Assembly: GCA_028534125.1 (NCBI GenBank)
Contig: CM052817.1
Span: 34,970,001-35,034,000, forward strand
Reading direction: 5' to 3'
Length of the DNA stretch: 64,000 bases
DNA from: Lama glama
Lineage: Eukaryota
Below are positions 27,069 through 38,364 of the stretch, one piece after another; position 1 is the stretch's first letter; every line of letters starts with the position of its first letter. Both the position numbers and the translations under genes were made by a program. The notes beneath the pieces were generated by a model. The model saw only the letters and a program-made list of their open reading frames with translations, ran no database searches and was not told the DNA's origin.

Positions 27069-27158
27069 GGGAGGGAAATAGCTCAGTGGTCGAGCACATG
27101 CTTAGCATACAAGAGGTCCTAGGTTCAATCCCCAGTACCTCCATTTAAAAAAAAAAAA
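27069..27158 (+). mobile_element. tRNA-Ala-derived SINE (Vic-1 type, short tail)
   Basis: tRNA head plus pure poly(A); TSD aaaagcaagaaatgaga (27049-27065) / aaaggcaagaaatgaga (27159-27175). Confidence 0.9.
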
Positions 27159-28646
27159 AAAGGCAAGAAATGAGAAACACAAGACTCTATACTGTGGGCA
27201 GGGGTTGGGGGATGTGACTGGAGACTGCTCTCAAGTTTCAAGGGTTTTTTATTGTTAAGCCAGGTGATGGGAACCCAAATGTTCATGTTTTTATTCTTTA
27301 TACTGTACACGTACTCTTGTTTGTACAAGAATTCTGAAAGATTTTTAACGCAAAAAAAAAAAAGTTTACTTTCCCACCTCTCTATCCCCCAAATTACCAT
27401 CCATAACTCTTGTAACTCTTCTCCTGGTGTTTACCTCCCAGTTTCTAAATAATGTGCTTGTGCTGCATAGTCTTACTTTATTTAAGATTACTTAGTGAAT
27501 TTCCACGACTGTAAATGATGGCTTAGAACTCCCCTTTTCCTTCTCCCATTACTTCAACATAATTTAATTACACATTTTGCTTACTTTAGTGATTGCAGTT
27601 TATGTTAGCATGACTTCTCGTAGTTCATGGCTCAGCCAACTGGGACAGTACTGCTCTCGCCTTTTTTCTTGTAGATCTTTTTCCTGGAGTTAATAATTGC
27701 TTTTGTTCTGTTTCATTTTTGTTTTCTGTTACTTTTCTGGTTTTCATCACCAATTTTCATCAAGAACTCCACTCTGCCCCATGCCTTTCAGTATTTTTTG
27801 AATTTTCAAACCCATCAGTTCTGGTTTTTTCCCTCCCTGAAGACCTCCCTTCCTGACCTTTCCATCTTCTTGCTCCATTGTGGACTATGTCTCTCCATCA
27901 CCGTCCTCATAAGACTGTCCCTGACCCCCTCTCCTGTGTTGAATCTCACGTCTTTTTCTTGATTTGTTCGTTCATTTAGTATAGCATCTCTCCAGCAGTT
28001 TCCTAAAAAGAATACATGGGAGGAAATTTTTCTGGTACTCTACTTGTCTAAAAATGTCTTTATTCAACTTCCATACTTGATTTATGATTTGAGTTAGGTA
28101 TATAGAAATCTAGATTAGAAAATTGCTTTCACTAAAAATTTTGAATACTGTCCTCCATTGGTCTTTCAACTTTCTTTGAGGTACCTGAAGCTGTTCTGTT
28201 TCCAAGTCCTTTGAAACATGTTTTTATTTCTGAAAATTTGTAGGATTTTCTCTTTATCTCGTGTTTTCAGTTTCTTTCGTAATTTACTCTTTTTTTTTTC
28301 CCACTCTCTGGAACTTTTACTAGTTGATTTTAGATTGCCTAAAGAAGTCTGAGATTCTTATCCTTTCTCCTTTATTTTCTCTTTGACTTTTTCTTCTACT
28401 TTCTGGGAGATTTCTTCAACTTTATTTTTTAGCCCTTCTACTGATATTTTATATATATATTTGATTTTCAAGAGAACTTTCTATAAAGAGATATCTAGGG
28501 TGTGAGAGTCCCAATATATAGACTTTCAGCCAATCTTGTTCAAGTCTGCCCGTGACCCCACCCCACCACTTTGTCCCTCCATGTGTTGAGCTTCTTCAGG
28601 GTAAGTCAGCTGCTCATTGGTATTCCCTCCTGTGGTCATTTTAGAA

Positions 28647-28866
28647 CAGTGAGTCTTGACTGGGGTCAGTTCTGCCTCCTAACAGGTATTTGACAATATC
28701 TGGAGAATTTTTGATTGTCACAAGTAGGGGAGAAAGTACTTCCTGTATCTGGTAAGCAGAGGCCAGAGATCCTGTTAAATATCCTACAATGCATAGTGCA
28801 CAATGCACAGGACAGCCCCCCACAGTGAAGAATTATCTGGCCTCAGATGGCACTGAACCTAGGACT
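28647..28866 (+). mobile_element. MER20 hAT element
   Basis: tttgacaatatctggaga...gaggccagagatcctgttaaatatcctacaatgca...caggacagccccccac. Confidence 0.85.
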
Positions 28867-30011
28867 AGAGTGTATATAGTTCTTCCACTCTGAGCTACTA
28901 TTCTGTCTACTTTGTCTTTCACAAGTTGTTGAAGTCACTCATTCACCCTGTTTTCTGTCTTATTCTCCATGCCCTTGTGAATATATAACTTTCTTATTTC
29001 TTTACTATTGTTTTAGCACTTTTTCCAGAGGAAAGGGAGAAAAAAATGTATGTGATCAGTCTATAGTTTTAACTGGAAGACTTACATTTATCACTAATAT
29101 GTCTTGGTTTTGATTTTATATGTAGATCATTATTCCATATAGAATTTATTTTTGTATGTAAAGTAAAAGAAATTTAGCTAATTTTTTTGTCTCCAATGAG
29201 TAGCTATGCCAACTCTATTTTTAGAAATGCTGCCTTTTCAAAATTTACATTTGTAATATGCTTGTCTATAGCTCTGTGAAATCCATACTGTTTTAATTAT
29301 ATAGCTCTCTAGTTTATTTTGATATCTCATAAAGCAAGTCTAGCTGCATTCTTTTCCCCCAAACTTTTTCCTGTTTTTTCTTAACTTTCTTTTCTTCTAA
29401 ATAAATTTTAGAATGAAATCTAAGTCACCCATTTTATTTTAAAATGGTTTTGTTACGATTCTTACTTAAATTTCATTGAATTTATAATTATTTCAGGATA
29501 TTTTAATCCATTTCCAACATTGTGTTCCCATTCAGAAACATGGTGCGTCTTTATGTCAGGTTATGTTTTATGCCCATCAGAAAATGTTATAGATCCTTTA
29601 TATCCTTTATAAGTCTTGTCTATTTTGTGTTCAGGTTACAGTATTTTCTCTGATTTTTCTTCAACTCAGTCCTAATCTACTTTTTAAAAAAAATTTTCTC
29701 AAAAATTTGGTCTGCTATGGTTTTCCTTCCTGTTTCATTGCTGTTATGGATATATTCTCTTCTTCTTTTCTTGCCTTTTTGTTTGTTTGTATCTTTTCTT
29801 TGATTTCAGTATTTGGTATTGAATGATATTGAAGAGGAGAGGTCAATGTGTTTGCCTGTTCTGACATCTGTAACCTAAAACAGATAACTTTTAAAGTATT
29901 CTTAAATAAATATAATTTATTTCCTTAGTTTTCTTCCAGAAACATTACTAGAGTGCTTAAGGAAAAGAAACTAAGACATATACCTATTAATTTTTTTAAT
30001 TTAAATTATAG

Positions 30012-30163
30012 CTTGAAAACGAAAAATGTGAATTAACGTCTAAAATGTTAATAATGAAAGAAACAATAGAGTCTTTAGAGAAAAAAACAAAACTCCAAGC
30101 TCAAAAACTTAGCTATGTGGCTGGTGACTCATCTCATCAGAAAACAGAGATGAACTCACTTAG
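30012..30163 (+). CDS. CEP135: CEP135 coding exon (15), 152 bp
   Basis: aaattatag|CTT...CTTAG|gtaagt; LENEKCELTSKMLIMKETIESLEKKTKLQAQKLSYVAGDSSHQKTEMNSL(R). Confidence 0.94.
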
Positions 30164-30449
30164 GTAAGTTTATTGAAAGTTTTGTTATTTCACTTCTGGA
30201 AATGAGCTTGTGGCTAGATAAGGTTCATAACGGTGGCGTTTTGGACTAGGGCTTTGAAAAGCAGTAGTTCCCAAAGTTGGTCTTGCGGCAGTAGAGTATG
30301 GATTTAAGGACTGCTCTCTGGAGGTTCTTACTCACTGAGTGAATCTGGGTAGGTTTTGAATGTCTTACTTTTTTAAAGACTTTCATAGATTGATATGATT
30401 GCAGGCAAATTTTTGTACCTACTTCCTTCAAAAATCCCCCTAACAGATG

Positions 30450-30939
30450 CAGACATACTTTGTTTTATTGTGCTTCAATTTATTGGCTCTTTGTAGATAT
30501 TGTATTTTTTTTTTTTACAAATTGAAGGTTTGTGGTAGTCTTGCATCAAGCAAGTTTATTGTGCCATTTTTCCAACAGCATTTGCTCACTTTGTGCCTCT
30601 GTGTCACATTTTGGTAATTCTCTCAGTATTTCAAACTTTTTCATTATAATCATGTTTATTATGATGACCTGTGATCAGTGAGCTTTCACGTTATTACTAC
30701 AACTCACTGAAGGCTCATGATGGTTGGCTTTTTTTAGAAATAAAGTTTTTTTAGTTAAGGTATGTACATTATTTTTTTAGACATAATACTGTTGAACACT
30801 TAACAGACTACAGCATAGTATAAGCATAACTTTTATATGCCCTGAGAAAGCAAAAAATTCATGTGACTTGCTTTATTGTTGTATTCACTTTACTGTGATG
30901 GTCTGGAACCAAGCCTACAATGTTGCCAAGATATGCCTG
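30450..30939 (+). mobile_element. Non-autonomous Tigger1 derivative (TcMar), about 490 bp
   Basis: Both Tigger1 termini are present (cagacatactttgttttattg... and ...agatatgcctg|ta), with the transposase deleted. Confidence 0.88.
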
Positions 30940-33900
30940 TACTTTTGATCATTTGTACTCCATAGTGTTGAATTACTGAAAATTACAGTTTTTTGCTACC
31001 TGTGTCATTGGTCTTCTTGTTCCTCTTTCAAAGAAATGTAAAATCAGAATATTTAAATACAGAATCTAAAAAGGTGATGTATCTGAAAAATGGTAAGAAG
31101 GTCAATATAGCCAAAGTAGGCTATATCTACAGGTTGGAGTCAAGTTATAAAGAACTTGGTATGATAACCAAAAATGTCTGGATTTTACCTTATAAACATG
31201 AAGAACAAACAAATTTTTAACCAAGGGGGTGACACAAGTAGCATGCCTTTTAGGAGGTAAAAATAAGATGGTGGATTTGGAGTCTTAAGAGATTGATGGC
31301 AAACAGTGGAGACAGTGTGTCTGGACTGAAACAGTGGCAATGAACTTGGCGAACAGAGACCAGATTAAGGAAACATTTCTTACAGAAAATCAAAACAAAT
31401 AGTGTAATAATACCAAGAACTGGATGTGTCTTTCTAATTAAGGAATACTATTTAGGAAGGTGTAAGGTAGAAGCTTCTTTTTCCCTTTTTTTTTCCTTCT
31501 TCTAATACATGCTGTGAAGGAGAGCTACCTAAGTGTAATGGCCTCTTTTCTTCTGGCTCATGTCTATATTCAGCTCCAAAGTACAGACAGCATGGTATAT
31601 TTCTGTCACCCAGAGTTACTAGTATACCTGTTTCCCTTTTGTGCCCAGCTGGTTGAATCTGCATTTAATCCACTTTGCTTTTTCCTTCAGGCTGTAGCTA
31701 CAGCTCCCCTTTCCTTCCATTGCAGGAGGCCCTTTCCAGTCTTAGAAGACAGAGCTTTCAGCCTTCTCTTGGATCCCCTACCCTGCAGCTCCTTTGGCTT
31801 TTTCTTTGCTGGACTAATACCATTTTCTCTTACTTACAGTCTGCTTCTTCCCTCACCTAGGAGTAGTTCAGTCATTGTGTTATAGGGAAGGATTGTGAGG
31901 AATTTTCTCTTTATCTTGTATAAACTGGGGCAATTGCAGGATTCTATAACTTTGCTTTGCTCTGACAGAAAAATCTGACTTGTCTCTAAGGAAAGTGTGT
32001 CAGTCGTATTCTCTGTATCAATATACATTGGTAGAACCATGAATTAAGCTATTGAGTCTAAATCCAAGGCTGAACCCAATACAAATATAATACCAAGAAT
32101 TCTATGGAAATAAAGTCACCTTATCCAAACCTCATGCCACTTGTGATATGGTTAATAGAGCTCTTACTGCCACTTTAATCACATCAAGTTCTGTTTCCCT
32201 TGACATGAAGACATTTAAGAAGCTGATACTCAGATAGATGAAGCATATCTTCTTTCCATCCACCTGGTAGGCCCATCTTCCCTTTCCCTTCCTGAGTCAG
32301 GCATTTTTCATTAAATTTCAGTGCCACCAAGCAGTCTTTTCTATATCAAGCACAGTCTCCAGTTGTCTAAATAGAGGATCTTTGGTTTCTTGATGCAACA
32401 ACAGAGGACAATAGCCTTCGTCCTCACCATTGCAAGCCACGAGGCTCTAAACGTTTGGATTCCTGCAGCTGAAAATACCCTCAGTCTGTTTGCATTTCAC
32501 CTTAGTCTTTAGTTATTCTGTGTGTCTTCTTTAAAACTAAAGAGTTATATGACTTATCCAGGATCCAAAAAAAAAAAAAAGCATTAGCAGATTTTCATGG
32601 AAAGAGCCCATAAGCTGTAGTTAGAGTTATTTGTATGGTAATAGGTATCAGTTATTATAGTAGGGTGTGTTTATGTATTCAGAAAAGCAAGTATAACTGG
32701 TCTCCCTTGAGAAGTATTTATTTGTTAAGAGAATTGAGAACCATTTTAGATAAGAGAAAGAAGGCTCATAGATTCCTTAGGGTGCCTGCACTAATTATCT
32801 TCTGGGCATGCCTAACGTTTTTTCCTACCAAGACAGGAAGAGGAGCCAGGGCCCTAAGTGAGGGCTGGACTTAGAAGGACCACCAGATACGAATCATCAT
32901 CCCTTTGCAGAAATGTAAAAGAAAAACCAGTCCTGATCCCTTTTCCCCTTGTAGGTCATCAAGAGATGACACTTAATAGCAGCCTTTCTCAGTTACTGGT
33001 GGGTCATAACTATAGACTCTTGGAGACATCTGAAATAAAACAGGGGTACCATTTCAAAGTCTCTCTTTTTTCTACTATGCCATTAAAATCCAAAACCTAC
33101 TTCTCTTAGATGGAGCTTCAGCTCCATTTTATATCTTGAACACTTCTTATGAATAAAGGACCCTTTAAGATGCTGTCTTTCTTAAAATATACTCTATCGT
33201 GAAGGGAAATAAATACTTTTGACCCCTAAAATGAAAACATGTATATCTCCATGTACTGTAATGTAACTGAGGAATTTGAATCTCAGATAAATGGTCCTAT
33301 CCATCCACATGGCTGGTAAGTAGAGAACTAGAACTTTGATTCTAAGTTAGAACTAGAACTTTGATTCTAAGTTAAGTTTTATTGCTTCACTCTTGGTAGG
33401 AAGTCATCACGTCCCTTTGCTTTGTTTATAGCACTTTCAAAACTAAGAAGTTAGCTCATTTTTCCCAGCAACTTAGTTCTCAAAAGATTCTCAGATTTTC
33501 CTTTCCAAACACCATGATGATCAAAAAAACTATGATAGTCACTCAAGTATTCTTTCCTATGAACTTTATACCTCAATTCTTTCATTAAGGAGGCCTTTAT
33601 CTTAGCAGCAATACTTTTCTGTCAGAAAGTTACCTCCAAGGTCTGATATAGAGTCTCATTTATCCCCTTCCCTGTCAACATTAGAACATGAAAAAGCAAA
33701 GCTATTTTTAGGACTCACTTAAGGGCCTCCTTTATATATATAATCAATCAAGATGTTATCCTGCCTTCGTTTATCAACCCTACTTTCATCAGGAATTAAC
33801 CCTGCTAATGAACTTAGATGTAAAAAGATCTTTTACACTTCTACTTAGGATTTCAAGCACTGCCAACTACTCAGTGTTCTTCTTTAGGAAGCCGTTCTGT

Positions 33901-35339
33901 TTTTGAAAGGATTCGATACAGCTTACCGACAGACATTTTCCCTTCCACATAGAGGATACCCTGTGTTCTTCACAGAAGGCAATGTGATGTAGTAGCAAAA
34001 CAATGATACCAGGTTAGACTAACCTGGATTTGCATATTTTCTTTGCCTTAATAGCTTTACCACTTTGGACAAGTTATTAGTTATTTGCTTCTATAAAATT
34101 GAGATAATAGTTCTGATTATAGAACTGTTCTAGGAATAATGAGCCTTTGTTTATTAAGTATCAATACAATGAATATACACTTTCTTCTTTCTCCACTCTC
34201 TCTAGCTATATCCTTCAGAGCAATAGCTGTAGCTTTTACAAACAGCTTGAATACAGTGAGTCACCTGGACTTTATAGATAATTTTATGAAGTGAAACTGC
34301 TTGAACCTAGTGTCTTTCTGACCTGGATCTATTTGGTTGTGAAATTCTAGAGAAGTCAGTCTCACCTTGAATTTCCTCCCTGCCTTTAGATCATCCATCA
34401 TTCATTTGCTGTTAGATCAGTCAGGGTCATGTCTTTTGTATTTCAGAATATCTCAATATTGCAAGTAAAACGTCTTCATTTCTCTGGGAGATGTCCCATT
34501 TCACTAGTGGTTTCAGAATCCAACCCCCTCCTTGTTAGGCAACTCTAGGCTAAGCCACCTTTGGTATCATCTTCCATCTTACCTTCAAACAAACCCTAAG
34601 AGGAACCTGTGGACGCTCCCAATGTGTGCCTACAGTGATAGTCACGTATTTCCAGCAAGACAGGGCTAAGAATTCCTAGGCCAGGGCTATAAGCATCCAA
34701 AGACCCTAGATGACATGAAAGCAAATTCTTGTTACTTCTGAAAAAAAAAATCTTACTGATCAGTAAGAGATTCATTTGAAATTGTCTTTATTTCTGCTGT
34801 ATGTTCTTTGTTTTGCTCCCTGAAACCAGTCTTTAGTTTTAAATCCTCATTGCACTACAATAAATGCCTGTTTCCTTGTTTACTATGACCTCCAGTTGAC
34901 CACCTATCAAAAAGTCAAAATAGGAAGCAGAATTAAAAGTTCACTGATCAAGATGGTCAGGATCTTGAACTGCCAGGCTATTCTATAAAAACAGGATTTT
35001 TCCTTTGCCTTGACTATCAGAAATAGATTTTAAGAGAAAGAGGGTTGATATTAGGAAACTGAAAAGAGCTTTAAAACTATCAGGAAGCCTCTAGGGAAAA
35101 AGTATACAGTTAATTTGATATTTACACTACATTATTTTTAGGAAGATGGAGCCATTTTAAAGAATGGTAGACAAAAAGGAATAATGTATATATAAAATAT
35201 AATGCCATTGATTATACTGGAAGTGCTTTAAAATAAATTTTAAAACTTTAAAAATAAGAAAAATATTTTAAGATCTTTCACTTTAAAAAAATTATTTCTA
35301 CCAAATATAATACCATTTGTTTTTGTCCACTGATTCTAG

Positions 35340-35455
35340 GATGGTAAATGAGCAGCTACAGCAGTCACTTGATGATTATCAGCATCGACTTTCCTTAAAA
35401 AGAAGTGAACTTGAATCAGCCCAAGCACAAGTTAAAATACTGGAGGAAAAAATAG
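35340..35455 (+). CDS. CEP135: CEP135 coding exon (16), 116 bp
   Basis: tgattctag|G ATG...ATAG|gtacat; MVNEQLQQSLDDYQHRLSLKRSELESAQAQVKILEEKI. Confidence 0.93.
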
Positions 35456-35528
35456 GTACATGTTCTTAAATTTTGTTTTTGCTAATTCTAATTTATGTTG
35501 TGTAACAAACATTTCTTTTCATTTATAG

Positions 35529-35683
35529 GTAAACTCCACCTTAAGATGACTTCACAGGATGAAGAGGCTCATGTAATGAAAAAGACTATTGGTGTTATTG
35601 ATAAAGAAAAAGACATTCTTCAGGAGACTGTAGATGAAAAGACCGAAAAGATTGCAAACTTGCAAGAAAACCTAGCTAATAAA
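35529..35683 (+). CDS. CEP135: CEP135 coding exon (17), 155 bp
   Basis: catttatag|GT...AAA|gtatgt; (G)KLHLKMTSQDEEAHVMKKTIGVIDKEKDILQETVDEKTEKIANLQENLANK. Confidence 0.94.
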
Positions 35684-36114
35684 GTATGTGACTGTTAAAT
35701 ATTATGATCCGGCATCTGAACAGAAAAGATGATTTCATTCTGTTTCAGATATGCAATTCTTATTGCCCATGTGCAAGTTCTTAAGACTCAAGGCCATTAT
35801 CTTCTAATATGTTTAAATTTCATTTTATCCCAATAATTTGAATCTTTAAAAGTTCTATTTCTAGAATATAATTTTATCATATATGATTACAGAAAACTCA
35901 AGGAAAGAATTTAGATTCTTAGAGTGAGTAGAAATATGCCAGTATGTGAAATTTAATTGGGATAGAGAAATATGTTTACTTGCAGCTTTCTTTTATAGCA
36001 TAACTTACATAATTGGATTTGAACCATATAAATGTGATAAACTATATTTTAAATTTGGCTGAAGACATTTCTGTATGAATGGGTTAGAATCATGTATTTT
36101 TATAATTTCTATAG

Positions 36115-36170
36115 GAAAAATCTATTACTCAGATGAAGATAACAGTCTCAGAGTATGAATCTTCTATGAA
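36115..36170 (+). CDS. CEP135: CEP135 coding exon (18), 56 bp
   Basis: atttctatag|GAA...ATGAA|gtaagt; EKSITQMKITVSEYESSM(N); frame is consistent with both neighbours. Confidence 0.92.
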
Positions 36171-36931
36171 GTAAGTAATAATGAAATAGCATCCAGCTTT
36201 TTTAGAAATTTTCAGTGAATGTGACTTTATCTATTTGAATAGCAATCTGGCAATAGCCGATTTTTCATTTTTTATTTTTCCTGTTTTTGCCAGTGGCACT
36301 TATCATTTTCTCAGTCTCCTGCATGTAAATGTTATCCTCTGTAACTTTCTCCCCTTCTCTGTGATCTACATCTAAACAGTTATGTCTTATAAATTACTCT
36401 TCTACATACTTATTTTCTCCTTATTTCTGTTGTATAAGAATAGAAAGGGCCCTATGCAGCCTCTAGTCATTAAAACTTAGATTACCTTAGTAGCCAGTGA
36501 TGAATTTATTCTACATCTAAACCTTTTTGAACACTGTTGCAAGTTTTATATTTATGTCTAGTCTCTCTACTTAAAGACAGAAGTCACTAATTATATTTAT
36601 TTTGTATACCCTTACATATTATATTAGAAGTGGGGTCTTAAACACTGAATAAATATTTGCCAATTGACTCATTTAGGTTCTGCTTTAACACTTGAAAGTC
36701 TTCTGTTTGTGCTTGACTTTTGGAATAGTAAATTTATTTTACAACTTTATTTGTGCATAATGATTGGTAGAGATCTAAAATATCTGCTTTACCTACTTAA
36801 TCATCGTTTTAATGCAGTAGTTGTAATTTCTGGCACTCTTAGCATACTTGATTCAGAGTATAACAGTTTTCTTTTAAATGAACTAAGTTTTCTAAAAAAA
36901 CTTTCTTTGTTATTGCCACACCTTGTAACAG

Positions 36932-37100
36932 CCAGCTAAAGGAAACATTGATTAGTCGGGACCGTGAGATAAACAGCCTCCGGCGCCAGCTTGATGCAGT
37001 TCACAAGGAACTTGATGAAGTAGGAAGATCTAAAGAAATGTCGTTTAAGGAGAACAGAAGATTGCAGGATGATTTGGCTACAATGGCAAGGGAAAACCAG
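36932..37100 (+). CDS. CEP135: CEP135 coding exon (19), 169 bp
   Basis: ttgtaacag|C CAG...CAG|gtatga; QLKETLISRDREINSLRRQLDAVHKELDEVGRSKEMSFKENRRLQDDLATMARENQ. Confidence 0.94.
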
Positions 37101-37409
37101 GTATGAGCACAATGCATAAACTGATAGTTTTATAGTGTACAATTTTACAATATATTCATTGTTTGCTAAATTTTAAAGCCCTAAATTTTAATTCTTTCTA
37201 AATTTTAATTGTATAAATATCAACAGCAAAATAAACAATTCTTTAAGGAAAATGGGGTTCATAAGGATATTTTAAAATGGGAAAATAACACTTAGGAAAA
37301 GTTTTCCTTTTTTCCTACTCTCTCGTATTTCCCAAATTCAGAAAGAGCTATTTGAACATAAATAGAACTCATTAGGTGCTACATTCATTTTAGATTTGTC
37401 TTCCACTTT

Positions 37410-37642
37410 CTTTTTATTTATTTATTTATATTGACTTCTAGTTGATCCACAGTGCCATGTTAGTTTCAGGTGTACAGCAAAGAGATTCAGTTATAAGTAC
37501 ATATGAATATAAATATAAATATATATTCTTTTTCAGATTCTTTTCCATTATAGTTCATTACAAAACACTGAATATAGTTCCCTGTGCTATACAATAGGTC
37601 CCTGTTGTCCATCCATTTTATATATAGTGTGTATATGTTAAT
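37410..37642 (-). mobile_element. LINE-1 3' end (about 230 bp) directly upstream of the exon 20 acceptor
   Basis: ttagtttcaggtgtacagcaaagagattcagtt...tgaatatagttccctgtgctataca; homologous to the reverse complement of the L1 tail at 21560-21720. Confidence 0.85.
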
Positions 37643-37662
37643 TTCAGTTTTCTGCTTTATAG

Positions 37663-37773
37663 GAAATCTCATTGGAATTAGAAGCAGCAGTGCAAGAAAA
37701 AGAAGAAATGAAGAGTAGAGTTCATAACTACATAACTGAAGTGTCACGATGGGAAAGCTTAATGGCTGCTAAG
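37663..37773 (+). CDS. CEP135: CEP135 coding exon (20), 111 bp
   Basis: ctgctttatag|GAA...AAG|gtgaaa; EISLELEAAVQEKEEMKSRVHNYITEVSRWESLMAAK. Confidence 0.94.
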
Positions 37774-38036
37774 GTGAAAAAACATTGTTTAGGTTGGATT
37801 TAAGACTGATTTTTTTAAACTTTTTCATGATTCTTTATTCTGTCTCCTCTATTAGACATTAACATATGAAAGTGGAGATCTTTTTAGTTTCCCCACAGAC
37901 CTTACTTATAGTACCTGCACTGATAGCTTATGCTTCCTGTATTAAAACAAAAATCCCAATGTGTGTGCATGTTTATGACATGAGTACTTCATTGAGTGAC
38001 AGTTACTAATTTAGAAACAATTTAATTGTGAACCAG

Positions 38037-38222
38037 GAAAAAGAAAACCAAGATTTATTAGATAGATTTCAGATGCTCCATAACCGTGCTGAAGACTGGG
38101 AAGTCAAAGCTCATCAAGCTGAGGGAGAAAGCAGCTCAGTTCGGCTGGAACTCCTTTCTATTGACACGGAGAGGAGACACCTTCGAGAAAGAGTGGAGCT
38201 ACTAGAAAAAGAAATTCAGGAG
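38037..38222 (+). CDS. CEP135: CEP135 coding exon (21), 186 bp
   Basis: gtgaaccag|GAA...GAG|gtaata; EKENQDLLDRFQMLHNRAEDWEVKAHQAEGESSSVRLELLSIDTERRHLRERVELLEKEIQE. Confidence 0.94.
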
Positions 38223-38364
38223 GTAATATATTCATTTGTCTTGTACAGACATTATTTAGAAAACATTCAAAGACACTTTACTGAAGTGAGGTTTAAGCAT
38301 TGATAAAATCACGTTTGATGGTAATCTTTTGTCATTAATTCTGATAGTGCTTAAGAGCCCCATT

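Noticed and set aside
6601..33373. Short direct repeats as a CRISPR-like array
   Set aside because: These are isolated two-copy duplications and TSDs with no repeat-spacer periodicity, in a eukaryotic context.
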